64,000 nucleotides of DNA from Ilumatobacteraceae bacterium (GTDB lineage: Bacteria > Actinomycetota > Acidimicrobiia > Acidimicrobiales > Ilumatobacteraceae). Below, piece after piece: positions 9,695 to 19,314 of the stretch. The position numbers and the translations under genes were made by a program. Each line of letters begins with the position of its first letter. Within the stretch, counting starts at the first letter, position 1. The stretch spans positions 168,212 through 232,211 of the forward strand of contig JBAOHQ010000007.1 in the NCBI GenBank assembly GCA_037045185.1, read 5' to 3'. The notes beneath the pieces were generated by a model. It worked only from the letters and a program-made list of their open reading frames with translations, was not told the origin of the DNA and ran no database searches.

Positions 9695-10849
9695 TTACTC
9701 GCCCTGCAGATGCAGGGGGAAGGCCAGCTGGTCGCAATCGAGCGTATCCCGGCCCACCCAGGTCATTCTGGCCTGGAACTGCGGGTCGTCGGGCAGCGTC
9801 GCCGGTGTGTTGACCGGGGCGATGGTGGTGTTGTGCGTGTTGGCGAACTCGAGCCACTGGGCCGAGGACCGGCTGCGGAAGATGTCACGCAGTTCGCCCT
9901 GGAGCTCGCGGTTGCCGCGGGCGTGATCGGCGTACTTGCTGCCGGGCCACCTGTCGAACAGATCCATCCGCCCGATGCCCTCGCAGAAGTTCTTCCAGAA
10001 CGCCTGCTCGCTGGCCATGAACAGGACGTGCCCGTCGGCCGACTCGTAGAGCTGGTAGCGCACGCCTTCGCGCATTCCCTTCAGCCCGGCGGGGCGGCGC
10101 TCGAAGTTGTCGCTCGGATTCCCGGTGACCTCGCTCTGCGGGCGGGTGTAGGCCCGTTCGCTCTCGATCCGGTACCAGTCGAAGTACGCCGAGGCGTCGG
10201 ACTGGGCGATCTCGAAGCACGCCGGCTGGCCCGTGCTGCGGGCCCGCACCAGCGCGGCGCAGATCGCCAGGGCGGCGAATGCCGGGCCGGCGGTGATGCC
10301 GATGTTGGGGAAGTCGGGCGTGGTGCAGAACCCCAGCTCGTCGATCTCCGGCTTCACCGATCCAGACCAGGTGTCGTAGGCAACCCCGTGCGAGGGCAGG
10401 TTGCGGTAGGGACCGGTGGCGCCATAGCCGCTGATCGAGCAGACCACGATCTTCGAGTTGAGCTCCTTGAGGCGATCGAAGCCGAAGCCGATCTTGTCCA
10501 GGAAGCCCGGCCGCATCCCCTCGATGACCACGTCGGCGCCGGCCACCAGGTCGGCGAAGGCGTCCTTGCCCTCGTCGGTCTTCAGGTCCAGCGTCAGGAA
10601 CGTCTTGCCGCGGTTGAGATGCAGGTGCATCAGCGACAGCGGGCCCTCGTCACGGGTGTTGATGATCGGCCAGGTCATCTGGCGCACGTAGTCGCCGGCC
10701 GGGCTCTCGATCTTGGTCACGTCGGCGCCGAGGTCGACCAGGAACCCGGCAACGGCGCCCGGCCCGAGGATCGACAGATCCAGCACCTTGACCCCCTCGA
10801 GCAGGCGGACGGGGGAGCGGAAGTCGGTGACCGCCATCAGCCGGGCCAC
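9695..10849 (-). CDS. CaiB/BaiF family III CoA-transferase
   Basis: LEGVKVLDLSILGPGAVAGFLVDLGADVTKIE N-terminus typical of family III CoA-transferases. Confidence 0.85.
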   Translation of the reverse strand: MARLMAVTDFRSPVRLLEGVKVLDLSILGPGAVAGFLVDLGADVTKIESPAGDYVRQMTWPIINTRDEGPLSLMHLHLNRGKTFLTLDLKTDEGKDAFADLVAGADVVIEGMRPGFLDKIGFGFDRLKELNSKIVVCSISGYGATGPYRNLPSHGVAYDTWSGSVKPEIDELGFCTTPDFPNIGITAGPAFAALAICAALVRARSTGQPACFEIAQSDASAYFDWYRIESERAYTRPQSEVTGNPSDNFERRPAGLKGMREGVRYQLYESADGHVLFMASEQAFWKNFCEGIGRMDLFDRWPGSKYADHARGNRELQGELRDIFRSRSSAQWLEFANTHNTTIAPVNTPATLPDDPQFQARMTWVGRDTLDCDQLAFPLHLQGE

Positions 10850-12297
10850 ACGATCGACTGCATCTCGGTGTAGCAGTGCAGGCCGAAGTCCCCGCCGTCA
10901 CGGCCGACACCGGACATCTTGAACCCGCCGAACGGCGTCTCGTGGTTGCGCTGGGCGGTGTTGATGCCCACGTTGCCGCTGCGCATCTGCCGGGCCGCCC
11001 GGTAGGCCCGGTCGGTGTCCTCGCTGAACACGTAGTCGTACAGGCCGAAGTCGGTGCCGTTGGCGATGGCGATGCCTTCGTCGTCGTCGTCGAAGGGCAT
11101 GGCCACGATGACCGGCCCGAAGATCTCCTCCTGCACCGGCGTCATCCCCGGGCGGCAGTCGGCCAGCAGGGTGGGACCCACGTAGTACCCGCAGTCCATG
11201 TGGCTGGGGCGCCGGCCGTCGACGAGCACGGTGGCGCCCTCGTCGCTGCCGGTCTGGATGTACCCCTCGATGCGGGCGCGCTGGGCGTCGCTGATCACCG
11301 GGCCGACGATGGTGTCCATCGACGTCGGGTCTCCCACCTTCAGCGTCGGGGCCGCGCCGGCCAGGGCCGACACGAGTTGGTCGTACTTGCTGCGGTGGAC
11401 GATGGCCCGGGTGGGCGCCGTGCAGATCTGGCCGCTGTGGAAGCCCCACACGCTGGCCAGCGCCGACACCGCCTTGCCCACGTCGGCGTCCTCCAGCACC
11501 AGCGCCGCGCCCTTGCCGCCCAGTTCCAGCAGCAGGCGCTTCATCGTCGCCCCAGCGGCCTGGTAGATCTTCGTGCCCACCAGGGTGGAACCGGTGAAGC
11601 TCACCATGTCCACGGAGCGGCTGGTGGTCAGCGCCGCGGCCGGGTCCGGCGACTGGCTGGTGATCAGGTTGACCACGCCGTCGGGGAAGCCGGCCTCCTG
11701 CATGATCTCGGCCAGGACGATGACGGCCAGCGGGTCCTGGGCGGCCGGCTTCATCACCACGGTGCAGCCCGCGGCCAACGCCGGGGCGATCTTGCCGGCC
11801 ATGTTGACCACGGGGAAGTTGTACGGCGAGATGGCCGCCACGACCCCGACCGGCTGGCGGTGGACCACGCCGCCGATCAAGCCACCGGCGGCCAGCGGGG
11901 TGGCGGCCGTGGCATACGGGGGCAGGCTGATCAGGAAGTCCTTGTCGAGTGCCCTGGCGTAGCGCTCGAAGCGATCGATGGCGACGGGGACCTGCATGCG
12001 CGAGCCCACCATCGCGGTAGCCCCGGTCTCGCTGATGATCAGCGGGACCAGGTCGGCCTGGCGCTCGGCGAGCAGCCGGCCGGCGGTGCGCAGCATCTCG
12101 GCCCGGCGGGCGACGGGGGTGCGGCTCCACGCAGGGAAGGCCTCCGCCGCGGCGTGCGCGGCGGATTCGGCCTGGGCGACGGAGGCCTCCGGGGCCTCGC
12201 CGACGGGCTGCTCGGTGGCGGGGTTGGTGATCGTGTAGGTGCCGTTGTCCCCGTCGACCCACTCGCCGCCGATCAGCATCCGATAACTGCGTGACAT
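10837..12297 (-). CDS. NAD(P)-dependent aldehyde dehydrogenase
   Basis: ALDH blocks FTGSTLVGTKI, LELGGKGAALVL and the catalytic-Cys context SGQICTAPTR. 486 aa. Confidence 0.9.
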   Translation of the reverse strand: MSRSYRMLIGGEWVDGDNGTYTITNPATEQPVGEAPEASVAQAESAAHAAAEAFPAWSRTPVARRAEMLRTAGRLLAERQADLVPLIISETGATAMVGSRMQVPVAIDRFERYARALDKDFLISLPPYATAATPLAAGGLIGGVVHRQPVGVVAAISPYNFPVVNMAGKIAPALAAGCTVVMKPAAQDPLAVIVLAEIMQEAGFPDGVVNLITSQSPDPAAALTTSRSVDMVSFTGSTLVGTKIYQAAGATMKRLLLELGGKGAALVLEDADVGKAVSALASVWGFHSGQICTAPTRAIVHRSKYDQLVSALAGAAPTLKVGDPTSMDTIVGPVISDAQRARIEGYIQTGSDEGATVLVDGRRPSHMDCGYYVGPTLLADCRPGMTPVQEEIFGPVIVAMPFDDDDEGIAIANGTDFGLYDYVFSEDTDRAYRAARQMRSGNVGINTAQRNHETPFGGFKMSGVGRDGGDFGLHCYTEMQSIVWPG

Positions 12298-12311
12298 GGT
12301 TTGTAGAGTAC

Positions 12312-12330
12312 ATCTGACGCCCCGTCAGAT
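12312..12330. promoter_or_regulatory. Operator-like palindrome ATCTGA-N7-TCAGAT in the divergent promoter between the ALDH and amidohydrolase genes
   Basis: ATCTGACG-CCC-CGTCAGAT followed by TTT. Lies 15 nt from the ALDH start. The same half-sites recur at 20542-20560. Confidence 0.5.
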
Positions 12331-12369
12331 TTTCAGTGAGCGCCGTATGGCGAGGAGGAGGGTGCGCAG

Positions 12370-14100
12370 ATGCTCGACGAACTGATCACCGGTGGAGCAG
12401 TCATCGACGGCACGGGATCGCCGGCGCGCCCGGCGGACGTGGCCGTGAGGGACGGCCGGATCGTTGCCATCGCTGAGCCCGGCTCGATCACCGAGCCCGC
12501 CGCCATCACCACCGACGCCACCGGGTGTTACGTGACGCCCGGGTTCGTCGACCCGCACACCCACTACGACGCCCAACTGCTATGGGACCCGTTCGCCACA
12601 CCGTCCAGCAACCACGGTGTCACCACGGTGATCGCCGGCAACTGCGGGTTCACCCTGGCCCCGTTGACCCCCGGCGACGCCGACTACCTACGGCGGATGA
12701 TGGCCAAGGTGGAGGGGATGCCCCTGCCGGCGCTGGAGAACGGCACCGACTGGGCGTGGGAGAGCGTCGACGACTACTTCGACCGGCTGCGCGGCAGCAT
12801 CGCCGTGAATGCCGGGTTCCTGGTGGGGCATTGCGCCATCCGTCGCTACGTCATGGGCGGTGAGGCCATCGGCAACGCCGCCGACGCCGACACCGTCTCG
12901 GCGATGCGTGCCGAGCTGGCCAAGGCCATCGGCGCCGGCGCGCTGGGGTTCAGCTTCACGAACTCCACCTCGCACAGCGACGGTGACGGCGAACCGGTGG
13001 CCAGCCGATGGGCAACCCCCGATGAGTTGATCGCCCTGGCCGAGGAGGTCGGCCTGCACGAGGGCACCACGCTGGAGGGCATCGTCCCGGGGTGCCTCGA
13101 CCGCTTCGCCGACGACGAGATCGAGTTGCTGGCGCAGATGAGCGCCGCGGCCAACCGGCCGATGAACTGGAACGTGCTCACCGTGGACTCCCGCGAACCG
13201 GATCGAGTTCCCCGCCAGCTGCAGGCCTTCGACCGGGCGGCCGAGGTGGGCGGCAAGGTCATCGCCCTGACGTTGCCGGTCCAGGCGCCGATGAACATGA
13301 GCCTGCTGAACTTCTGCGGGCTGTGGCTGCTCCCGGAGTGGGGCCAGATCCTCGGCGTGCCGGTGCCCGAGCGCATCGAGCGCCTCCGCGATCCCGAGAC
13401 CCGCCTGCGCCTGCTGGAGAACAGCAAGTCCCAGGCCGCCGGCGTGTTCCGTCGCCTGGCGGACTGGGGTGACTACCGCGTCGGGGACACGTACTCGGCC
13501 GCCAACGCCGGGCTCAGCGGGCGGTTCGTCAAGGACATCGCCGCGGAGCGGGGGATGAGTCAGTTCGGCACCTTCCTGGAGATCTCCATCGCTGATGACC
13601 TGCGCACCATCTGGTGGCCGACACCGCAGGACGAGGACACCGAGTCGTGGCGGATGCGCGCCGAGCTGTGGAACGACCCGCGGGCGATGCTCGGCGGCTC
13701 CGACGCCGGGGCGCACCTCGACCGGATGTGCGGTGCGCCGTATCCCACCCGGTTCCTGGCCGACTGCCTCCGTGGCCGCAAGCTGGTCACCGTGGAGCAG
13801 GCGGTGCGGATGATGACCACCGTCCCGGCGTCGCTGTTCGGGCTGCGGGATCGTGGCGAACTCCGCGAGGGTGCCTTCGCCGACGTCGTCGTGTTCGACC
13901 CGGACACCGTGGACAGCCAGCCTGCGGCGCTCGTGGCCGACTTGCCTGGCGGTTCGGCGCGCCTGACCGCCGGATCGATCGGTGTGCGCCGGGTGCTGGT
14001 CAACGGTCAGCCGATCATCGTCGACGGCCAGGCAACCGGCCGCACGCCCGGCACCCTGCTGAAATCGGGGACCGACACCTTCACCGTCACCGCCCGCTGA
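12370..14100 (+). CDS. Amidohydrolase family protein (N-acyl-D-amino-acid deacylase-like)
   Basis: GGAVIDGTG...DVAVRDGRIVAI and TPGFVDPHTHYD metal-binding motif. 576 aa. SD GGAGGAGGG upstream. Confidence 0.85.
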   Translation: MLDELITGGAVIDGTGSPARPADVAVRDGRIVAIAEPGSITEPAAITTDATGCYVTPGFVDPHTHYDAQLLWDPFATPSSNHGVTTVIAGNCGFTLAPLTPGDADYLRRMMAKVEGMPLPALENGTDWAWESVDDYFDRLRGSIAVNAGFLVGHCAIRRYVMGGEAIGNAADADTVSAMRAELAKAIGAGALGFSFTNSTSHSDGDGEPVASRWATPDELIALAEEVGLHEGTTLEGIVPGCLDRFADDEIELLAQMSAAANRPMNWNVLTVDSREPDRVPRQLQAFDRAAEVGGKVIALTLPVQAPMNMSLLNFCGLWLLPEWGQILGVPVPERIERLRDPETRLRLLENSKSQAAGVFRRLADWGDYRVGDTYSAANAGLSGRFVKDIAAERGMSQFGTFLEISIADDLRTIWWPTPQDEDTESWRMRAELWNDPRAMLGGSDAGAHLDRMCGAPYPTRFLADCLRGRKLVTVEQAVRMMTTVPASLFGLRDRGELREGAFADVVVFDPDTVDSQPAALVADLPGGSARLTAGSIGVRRVLVNGQPIIVDGQATGRTPGTLLKSGTDTFTVTAR

Positions 14101-14162
14101 CCCGCACCCCCGCGTGGGCGGCCGCCTCACTGCGCTGGCACGTCCATCGCTAGCCTCGGCGG

Positions 14163-14918
14163 ATGCCATTGCAGCGCCTGTTCGATCTCACCGGTCGCGT
14201 CGCCTTCGTGACCGGCGCCGGGCAGGGCATGGGTGCCGGGGTGTCCGAGGCGTTGGCCGCCCACGGCGCGTTCGTCGGTGTCAACGACCTGTTCGCTGAT
14301 CGCGCCGAGCGGGTGGCCGGATCCATCGTCGACCAGGGTGGGCGAGCGGTTCCCGCCCAGGGTGACGTCCGCGACCGGGCCTCGATCGCCGCAGCCCTGG
14401 CGCGCACGGCCGAGGCTGCCGGTGGGCCGGTGGACATCCTCGTGCACAACGCCGGGATCCCGGCGGACGGGTTCCCCGTCGCCACGTTCCGTGATCACGA
14501 CGAGTCGGTCTGGAACACGTGGATGGACATCAACTACACGGGGTTGTTGAACTGCGCCAAGGAGGTCCTCGAACCGATGGTCGAGCGTGGCCATGGGCGG
14601 ATCATCTTCGTGTCCTCCGAGGCCGGTCGCCAGGGGTTGGGGATGGGTGTGTCGCTGTACGGCGCGTCGAAGGCGGCCGGGGTGATGTTCTGCCGGCACC
14701 TGTCCCAGGAGGTCGCCCGCAACGGGATCACGGTGAATGCGTTGGCGTTGGGGCGGATGAGCGCGCAGATCATCACCGACCAGAAGTTGGTCATGCCGGT
14801 GGGTCGCCTAGGCTTGCCGTCCGACGTCGCGGCAGCGTGCGTCTATCTGGCCAGTGACGAGGCGAGCTTCGTCACCGGGCAGACGTTGGGCGTGAACGGC
14901 GGGGGCTACACGTCCTAA
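14163..14918 (+). CDS. SDR family oxidoreductase (FabG-like)
   Basis: VTGAGQGMGAG, HNAGI and YGASKAA motifs. Confidence 0.85.
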   Translation: MPLQRLFDLTGRVAFVTGAGQGMGAGVSEALAAHGAFVGVNDLFADRAERVAGSIVDQGGRAVPAQGDVRDRASIAAALARTAEAAGGPVDILVHNAGIPADGFPVATFRDHDESVWNTWMDINYTGLLNCAKEVLEPMVERGHGRIIFVSSEAGRQGLGMGVSLYGASKAAGVMFCRHLSQEVARNGITVNALALGRMSAQIITDQKLVMPVGRLGLPSDVAAACVYLASDEASFVTGQTLGVNGGGYTS

Positions 14919-14933
14919 CCGAAAGGGCATCGG

Positions 14934-16088
14934 ATGAAACGTCGACACACCGCAGGTCTGGCAGGTGCGCTGTTGACGGTCGCCGCGGTCTCCCCGCCGC
15001 TGTCCAGTGCAGGTGCCAGCGCCAGCGCCGCGGTGGCACCGGCGCTGGTGAAGAAGTGCGTCCCCCGCTCGAAGACGGCCGCGGCGCTCGGTGACTTCTT
15101 CGTCGCCAACAACGCCGCCGGGTTGTCCGGCGAGGACTACCCACGGGCCTACGACCTGCCCGGGAGCAACACGCTGTGGACGTTCCAGGACGCCTACCGC
15201 GGGTCGGACGCCAACCTGCGGAACGACGGCTTCGGCCACAACCTCGGGCTCATCCAGCGCGGTGACTGCTTCTCCGGGCCGCTGAAGGCGCCCAGCGTGA
15301 ACCGTTCGTGGATCGGTGCCAGCACCGAACTGGTGCAGACCCGCTGGCTGTGGCCGCTCGACGGGGCCATGGGGGTGGACGGGAACTTCCACCTCTTCCT
15401 GGCACGGATGTACAACCCGAATCACACCGGCGCCGCCGAGGGCGCGCTGCCACGCGAGACGTGGGAGGCCGTCATCCGGCCCTCCGATCTGCGGATCCTG
15501 TCGCTGGGCCGGGCCAAGATCTTCGGCACCCGCCTGTACGGGTACTCGATCGTCGAAGACGACGACTTCTCCTACCTGTACGGCTACTGCCATCGGCAGT
15601 TCGATCCCGAGTACCTGCTAGGCGCCAACCCGTGCGAGAACAACGTGTACGTCGCCAGGGTCGCCCGTGGCAGGTTCCGCGGCTCGTACCAGTTCTGGGA
15701 CGGTGACTCGTGGAACAGCGACGGGTCGAAGGCCCGCCCGGTGATGAACGGCGGCCCGGCCAGGCACATCAACCCGCCGTCGGTCCGGCGTTTCGGCGAC
15801 GTGTACGTCAACGCCTCCAAGGAGGGTGACTGGTGGGGGTCCCACCTGTACATCGACGTCGCCCGCCGCCCGCAGGGGCCCTGGACCGAGGTCCGGGCGA
15901 TCCCGTTGCCAGCCGATCACGGCTCGGAGACCACCTATGGCGCGTGGATCATGCCGTGGCTCGACCCGTCCAACGGCAAGATGGTGATCGGTCACTCGAA
16001 CTTCGTGTGGACGCCGTCCCGGGCGTTGCGTGACGGCAGGCTCTACCGGGTGTCGTTCCTCAACGTGGCGATCCCTGACGCTCCCTGA
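14934..16088 (+). CDS. Secreted hypothetical protein
   Basis: Signal peptide MKRRHTAGLAGALLTVAAVSPPLSSAGASASA. Good codon bias. No family assigned with confidence. Confidence 0.6.
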   Translation: MKRRHTAGLAGALLTVAAVSPPLSSAGASASAAVAPALVKKCVPRSKTAAALGDFFVANNAAGLSGEDYPRAYDLPGSNTLWTFQDAYRGSDANLRNDGFGHNLGLIQRGDCFSGPLKAPSVNRSWIGASTELVQTRWLWPLDGAMGVDGNFHLFLARMYNPNHTGAAEGALPRETWEAVIRPSDLRILSLGRAKIFGTRLYGYSIVEDDDFSYLYGYCHRQFDPEYLLGANPCENNVYVARVARGRFRGSYQFWDGDSWNSDGSKARPVMNGGPARHINPPSVRRFGDVYVNASKEGDWWGSHLYIDVARRPQGPWTEVRAIPLPADHGSETTYGAWIMPWLDPSNGKMVIGHSNFVWTPSRALRDGRLYRVSFLNVAIPDAP

Positions 16089-16247
16089 CCGCCCGTGGCA
16101 CAGGGCTCAGCGTGCGGGCTGGTGAAGCCGACGAGTGACGTCGGCCACCGGAACGTCAACCGTGTAGCACCCACGGCGTAGCGTCCGAATCGCCGGCTTC
16201 CCCCAGCGAATCGTCCGAACTCGTCGCACGAGGGTGAGGAGAGAACT

Positions 16248-16817
16248 GTGTCGAATCAACCTGAACTGCCGTTCAACGCGGCCCCAACGGAGTCCCCCGG
16301 CGCCATGCCCTTCCCCACTACTCTCAATGCGATGCCCGGTCGCTCCAGCTCACCGCTTCGCGCAGCGGAGTTCTTCGCCGGAATCGGCCTCGTTCGGATG
16401 GCGCTCCAACGTGTGGGGATCGGTGTCGTTTGGGCCAACGACATCGAGCCGATCAAGGAGCGCATCTACTCGGAGAACTTCGGAGGCGCCGACTTTCGGC
16501 TCGGAGACGTCCGGCAGGTGGGAGGGCCGGATCTCCCGGACGTTGACGTCGCAACGGCTTCGTTCCCCTGCACCGATCTTTCTCTCGCCGGATGGCGGCG
16601 AGGGCTTGCCGGCTCTGGATCGGGGATGTTCTGGGAGTTCGCTCGAATTCTCCGGGAGATGGGCGCCCGCCGCCCGCAGGCCATCCTTCTCGAGACAACC
16701 GAGCGGCTCAAGACGAGCGGCTGGACTGTCATCCGCGTCTGGGAGCATGAGGATCCGGAGTTGGCGGCACGGAGGATCCAAGAAGCGATCAGCAGGGCGA
16801 GATCTGAGAAACCCTGA
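16248..16817 (+). pseudogene. Remnant of a dcm-vsr module: the N-terminal third of a C5 cytosine methyltransferase fused in frame to the C-terminal tail of a Vsr endonuclease
   Basis: MTase motif I FFAGIGL, motif IV FPCTDLSLAG and the start of motif VI, ILLE. At about 16695 this is followed directly by RLKTSGWTVIRVWEHE, which resembles the E. coli Vsr C-terminus RLQELGWRVLIVWECA. The target-recognition domain and motifs VIII-X are missing. Confidence 0.7.
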
Positions 16818-16859
16818 CGTCCGGCGGCGACGGTGGCCGGGGGTCTGCCGGACCGGCCG

Positions 16860-18500
16860 TCACAGCGGGCGGAGTGAGCCGGCGGATGCCGCTTCGGCGG
16901 CCAGCGTCTCCCGGTCGGCGTCGGTCAACGGCCGGTAGGTCAGCTCGCGGCCTGGTCGCCACCACACCGGGTCGTCGCAGCGCCATGCCTGTGAGCGCAG
17001 CGGTTGCTTGTTCACCTTGTTGTTCGCCGTCAGCGGGATGTCGGCGGTGATCCGCACGTAGCGCGGCGCCCACTTGGTGCCGAGGTCCGGTTGGTCGGCG
17101 AGGAACCGGCCGAAGGCGACCGGATCGAAGTCCTCACCGGGGCGCAGCTCCAGGGCGGCCATCACCTGGTCACCGGTGCGTGTGTCGGGCACCGGGTACA
17201 CGGCCACCATCACGGCGCCGGCGAAGCGGTGCAGGATGGTCTCCACCGGCGCGGCGGCGAAGTTCTCGCTGTCGACGCGCAACCAGTCGGCACTGCGGCC
17301 GGCGAAGTAGAAGAACCCGGCCTCGTCGCGGTAGGCCAGATCACCACTCCAGTACCAGCCGTTGCGCAGCCGGGCGGCCGTGGCCTCGGGGTTGTCGTAG
17401 TAGCCCTCGAACGTGCCGAGCCCGGCCCGGTTGACCAGCTCACCGATGGACTCGGGGTTCTCGATCGCCCCATGACGATCGAAGCGCACGGGCGGGCACT
17501 CCTCGCCCGAGTCGGGGCTGGCGACGATGACGTCGCTGTGCGCCGACACCTCGGGCCTGCCCAGCGCGGCGGGTGGGGTGTCGGGTGTGCGGGTGATGAC
17601 GATGACCGACTCGCTGGATCCGTAGTTCTCCAGCAGCTCGCAGCCGAACCGGTCACGGAACAGCTCGCGATCGTGCAGCGATGCCTCGGTGCCGAACCCC
17701 AGCACGAGGCGGTTGTCACGATCGTGCTCGGTGGGCGGCTGCGCCAGGACGTAGGCGATGCTCCGCCCGACATAGGTGAAGAAGGTGCACCCGTGCCGGC
17801 GGACATCGTCCAGGAACCCGCTGGCCGAGAACTTCCGTCGCAGCACGACGGTTCCGCCGGCGGCCAGCGTCGGTGACCAGCAGGCCATCAACGCGTTGCC
17901 GTGGAACAGCGGCATCGGGCAATACGACACGGTGTCGCGGGTCAGGCCCCACATCGCCACGCAGCGCAACCCGGCGCCAGCCAGGCGGGCCGTGGAGCAC
18001 ACCACCGCCTTCGGCGCGCTGGTCGAGCCGGAGGTGAACAGCAACAGCAGCGGGTGCGCCGGTCCAGGCAGGGCGCTGGGGACCCCGGCGGTCCGGTAGT
18101 CGGCCAACTCGTCGCCGTAGCCGGCCTCGTCGACGAGCAGCGTGTCGACGTCGTCAGCGAGCAGCGCGGCATCGGCGGTGGTGGTGACGACGAACTGACA
18201 CTTGGTGTGGGCGATATCCCTGGCCAGTTCCGCGCCGCGGCGGGTGGGGTTGACCCCCACCACAGTGGCCCCGGCGATGGCCGCCGCGCCGATCCAGTAC
18301 AGGAAGTCAGGGACGTTCTCCAGCAGCACACCGACGTTCGGATCGGCACCGGGGTCCAGGCGGTCGCCGAGGTACGCAGCACGGGTCAGGCATTCCCCGG
18401 CGAACTGCCGGTAGGTGATCACGTCGTCCTCGAAGCGGACGGCCGCGCCGTCGTCGTCGGCCCACCGCAGGACGAGATCGGCGAAGGTCGGGCGGGTCAC
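16860..18500 (-). CDS. AMP-dependent acyl-CoA synthetase/ligase
   Basis: AMP-binding motif LLLFTSGSTSAPKAV, later GWYWSGDLAYRDEAGFFYFAGR. 546 aa. Confidence 0.9.
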   Translation of the reverse strand: MTRPTFADLVLRWADDDGAAVRFEDDVITYRQFAGECLTRAAYLGDRLDPGADPNVGVLLENVPDFLYWIGAAAIAGATVVGVNPTRRGAELARDIAHTKCQFVVTTTADAALLADDVDTLLVDEAGYGDELADYRTAGVPSALPGPAHPLLLLFTSGSTSAPKAVVCSTARLAGAGLRCVAMWGLTRDTVSYCPMPLFHGNALMACWSPTLAAGGTVVLRRKFSASGFLDDVRRHGCTFFTYVGRSIAYVLAQPPTEHDRDNRLVLGFGTEASLHDRELFRDRFGCELLENYGSSESVIVITRTPDTPPAALGRPEVSAHSDVIVASPDSGEECPPVRFDRHGAIENPESIGELVNRAGLGTFEGYYDNPEATAARLRNGWYWSGDLAYRDEAGFFYFAGRSADWLRVDSENFAAAPVETILHRFAGAVMVAVYPVPDTRTGDQVMAALELRPGEDFDPVAFGRFLADQPDLGTKWAPRYVRITADIPLTANNKVNKQPLRSQAWRCDDPVWWRPGRELTYRPLTDADRETLAAEAASAGSLRPL

Positions 18501-19303
18501 CCGGGGTCGATGAAGTTCGGGGCGTGCACGTACGAGCCGTTGGCGATCGAGTGGTCGTGAAGGATGCGCACCACCGCTTCCCCGATGGGCGCCGGCGGGA
18601 TGCCACGGGAGGCGACGAACGCCAGCGCCTCGGTAGCCAGGACGCGCTCGGTGGCCACGAACCCCGGGTTGATGTTGACGGCCACGATGCCCTCGTCGCC
18701 GTACTCGACGGCCAGCATGTCGGCGATGCGGTGAAACCCGGCCTTGGTTGCGGCGTAGGTCAGCGCCCAGCCGCCGTGGCCGGCCGGCGCGGTCGGTGTG
18801 GCCTGACCGGCATGGCTGGTGATGTTCAGGAACGTGCCGCGGCGACCGTGACGGGGCTCGCTGCCCAGCATGTGGCGCACCGCCACCCTGGTGAGCAGCA
18901 GTTGGGCGGTCAGGTTGCCGGTGACCCGCTTCACCACGTCCGCGGGGTCCACGTCACCGAAGCGGCACTCGTTGCCCGGACCGGCGTAGATGGCGTTGTT
19001 GACCACCACGTCCACCCTCCCTCCGAGCCCGGCGACGGCCTGCTCCCAGGCGTCGGGGATGGTCTCCAGCCTGAGCAGATCCAGCACCACCGGCACGGCG
19101 CGGCCGCCGTGGTCGGCGATCAGCGCCGCGGTGGTGTCGAGGCTGCCCTCGATGGCCTGGCCCGTGTTCGGGTTGACCCCGGTGCCCTCGTGGACGGTGC
19201 GGGCGGTGATGGCGACGTCGAACCCGTCACGTGCCAGGGCGACGGCGACTGCCTTGCCGATGCCCCGGCTGGCGCCGGTGACCAGGGCCGTCGGGCGGCT
19301 CAT
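18497..19303 (-). CDS. SDR family oxidoreductase
   Basis: Start taken at MSRPTALVTGASRGIGKAV. YAATKAG motif. The longer tracked ORF N-terminus is R/G-rich junk. Confidence 0.85.
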   Translation of the reverse strand: MSRPTALVTGASRGIGKAVAVALARDGFDVAITARTVHEGTGVNPNTGQAIEGSLDTTAALIADHGGRAVPVVLDLLRLETIPDAWEQAVAGLGGRVDVVVNNAIYAGPGNECRFGDVDPADVVKRVTGNLTAQLLLTRVAVRHMLGSEPRHGRRGTFLNITSHAGQATPTAPAGHGGWALTYAATKAGFHRIADMLAVEYGDEGIVAVNINPGFVATERVLATEALAFVASRGIPPAPIGEAVVRILHDHSIANGSYVHAPNFIDPG

Positions 19304-19314
19304 GGCGGGCAGGG

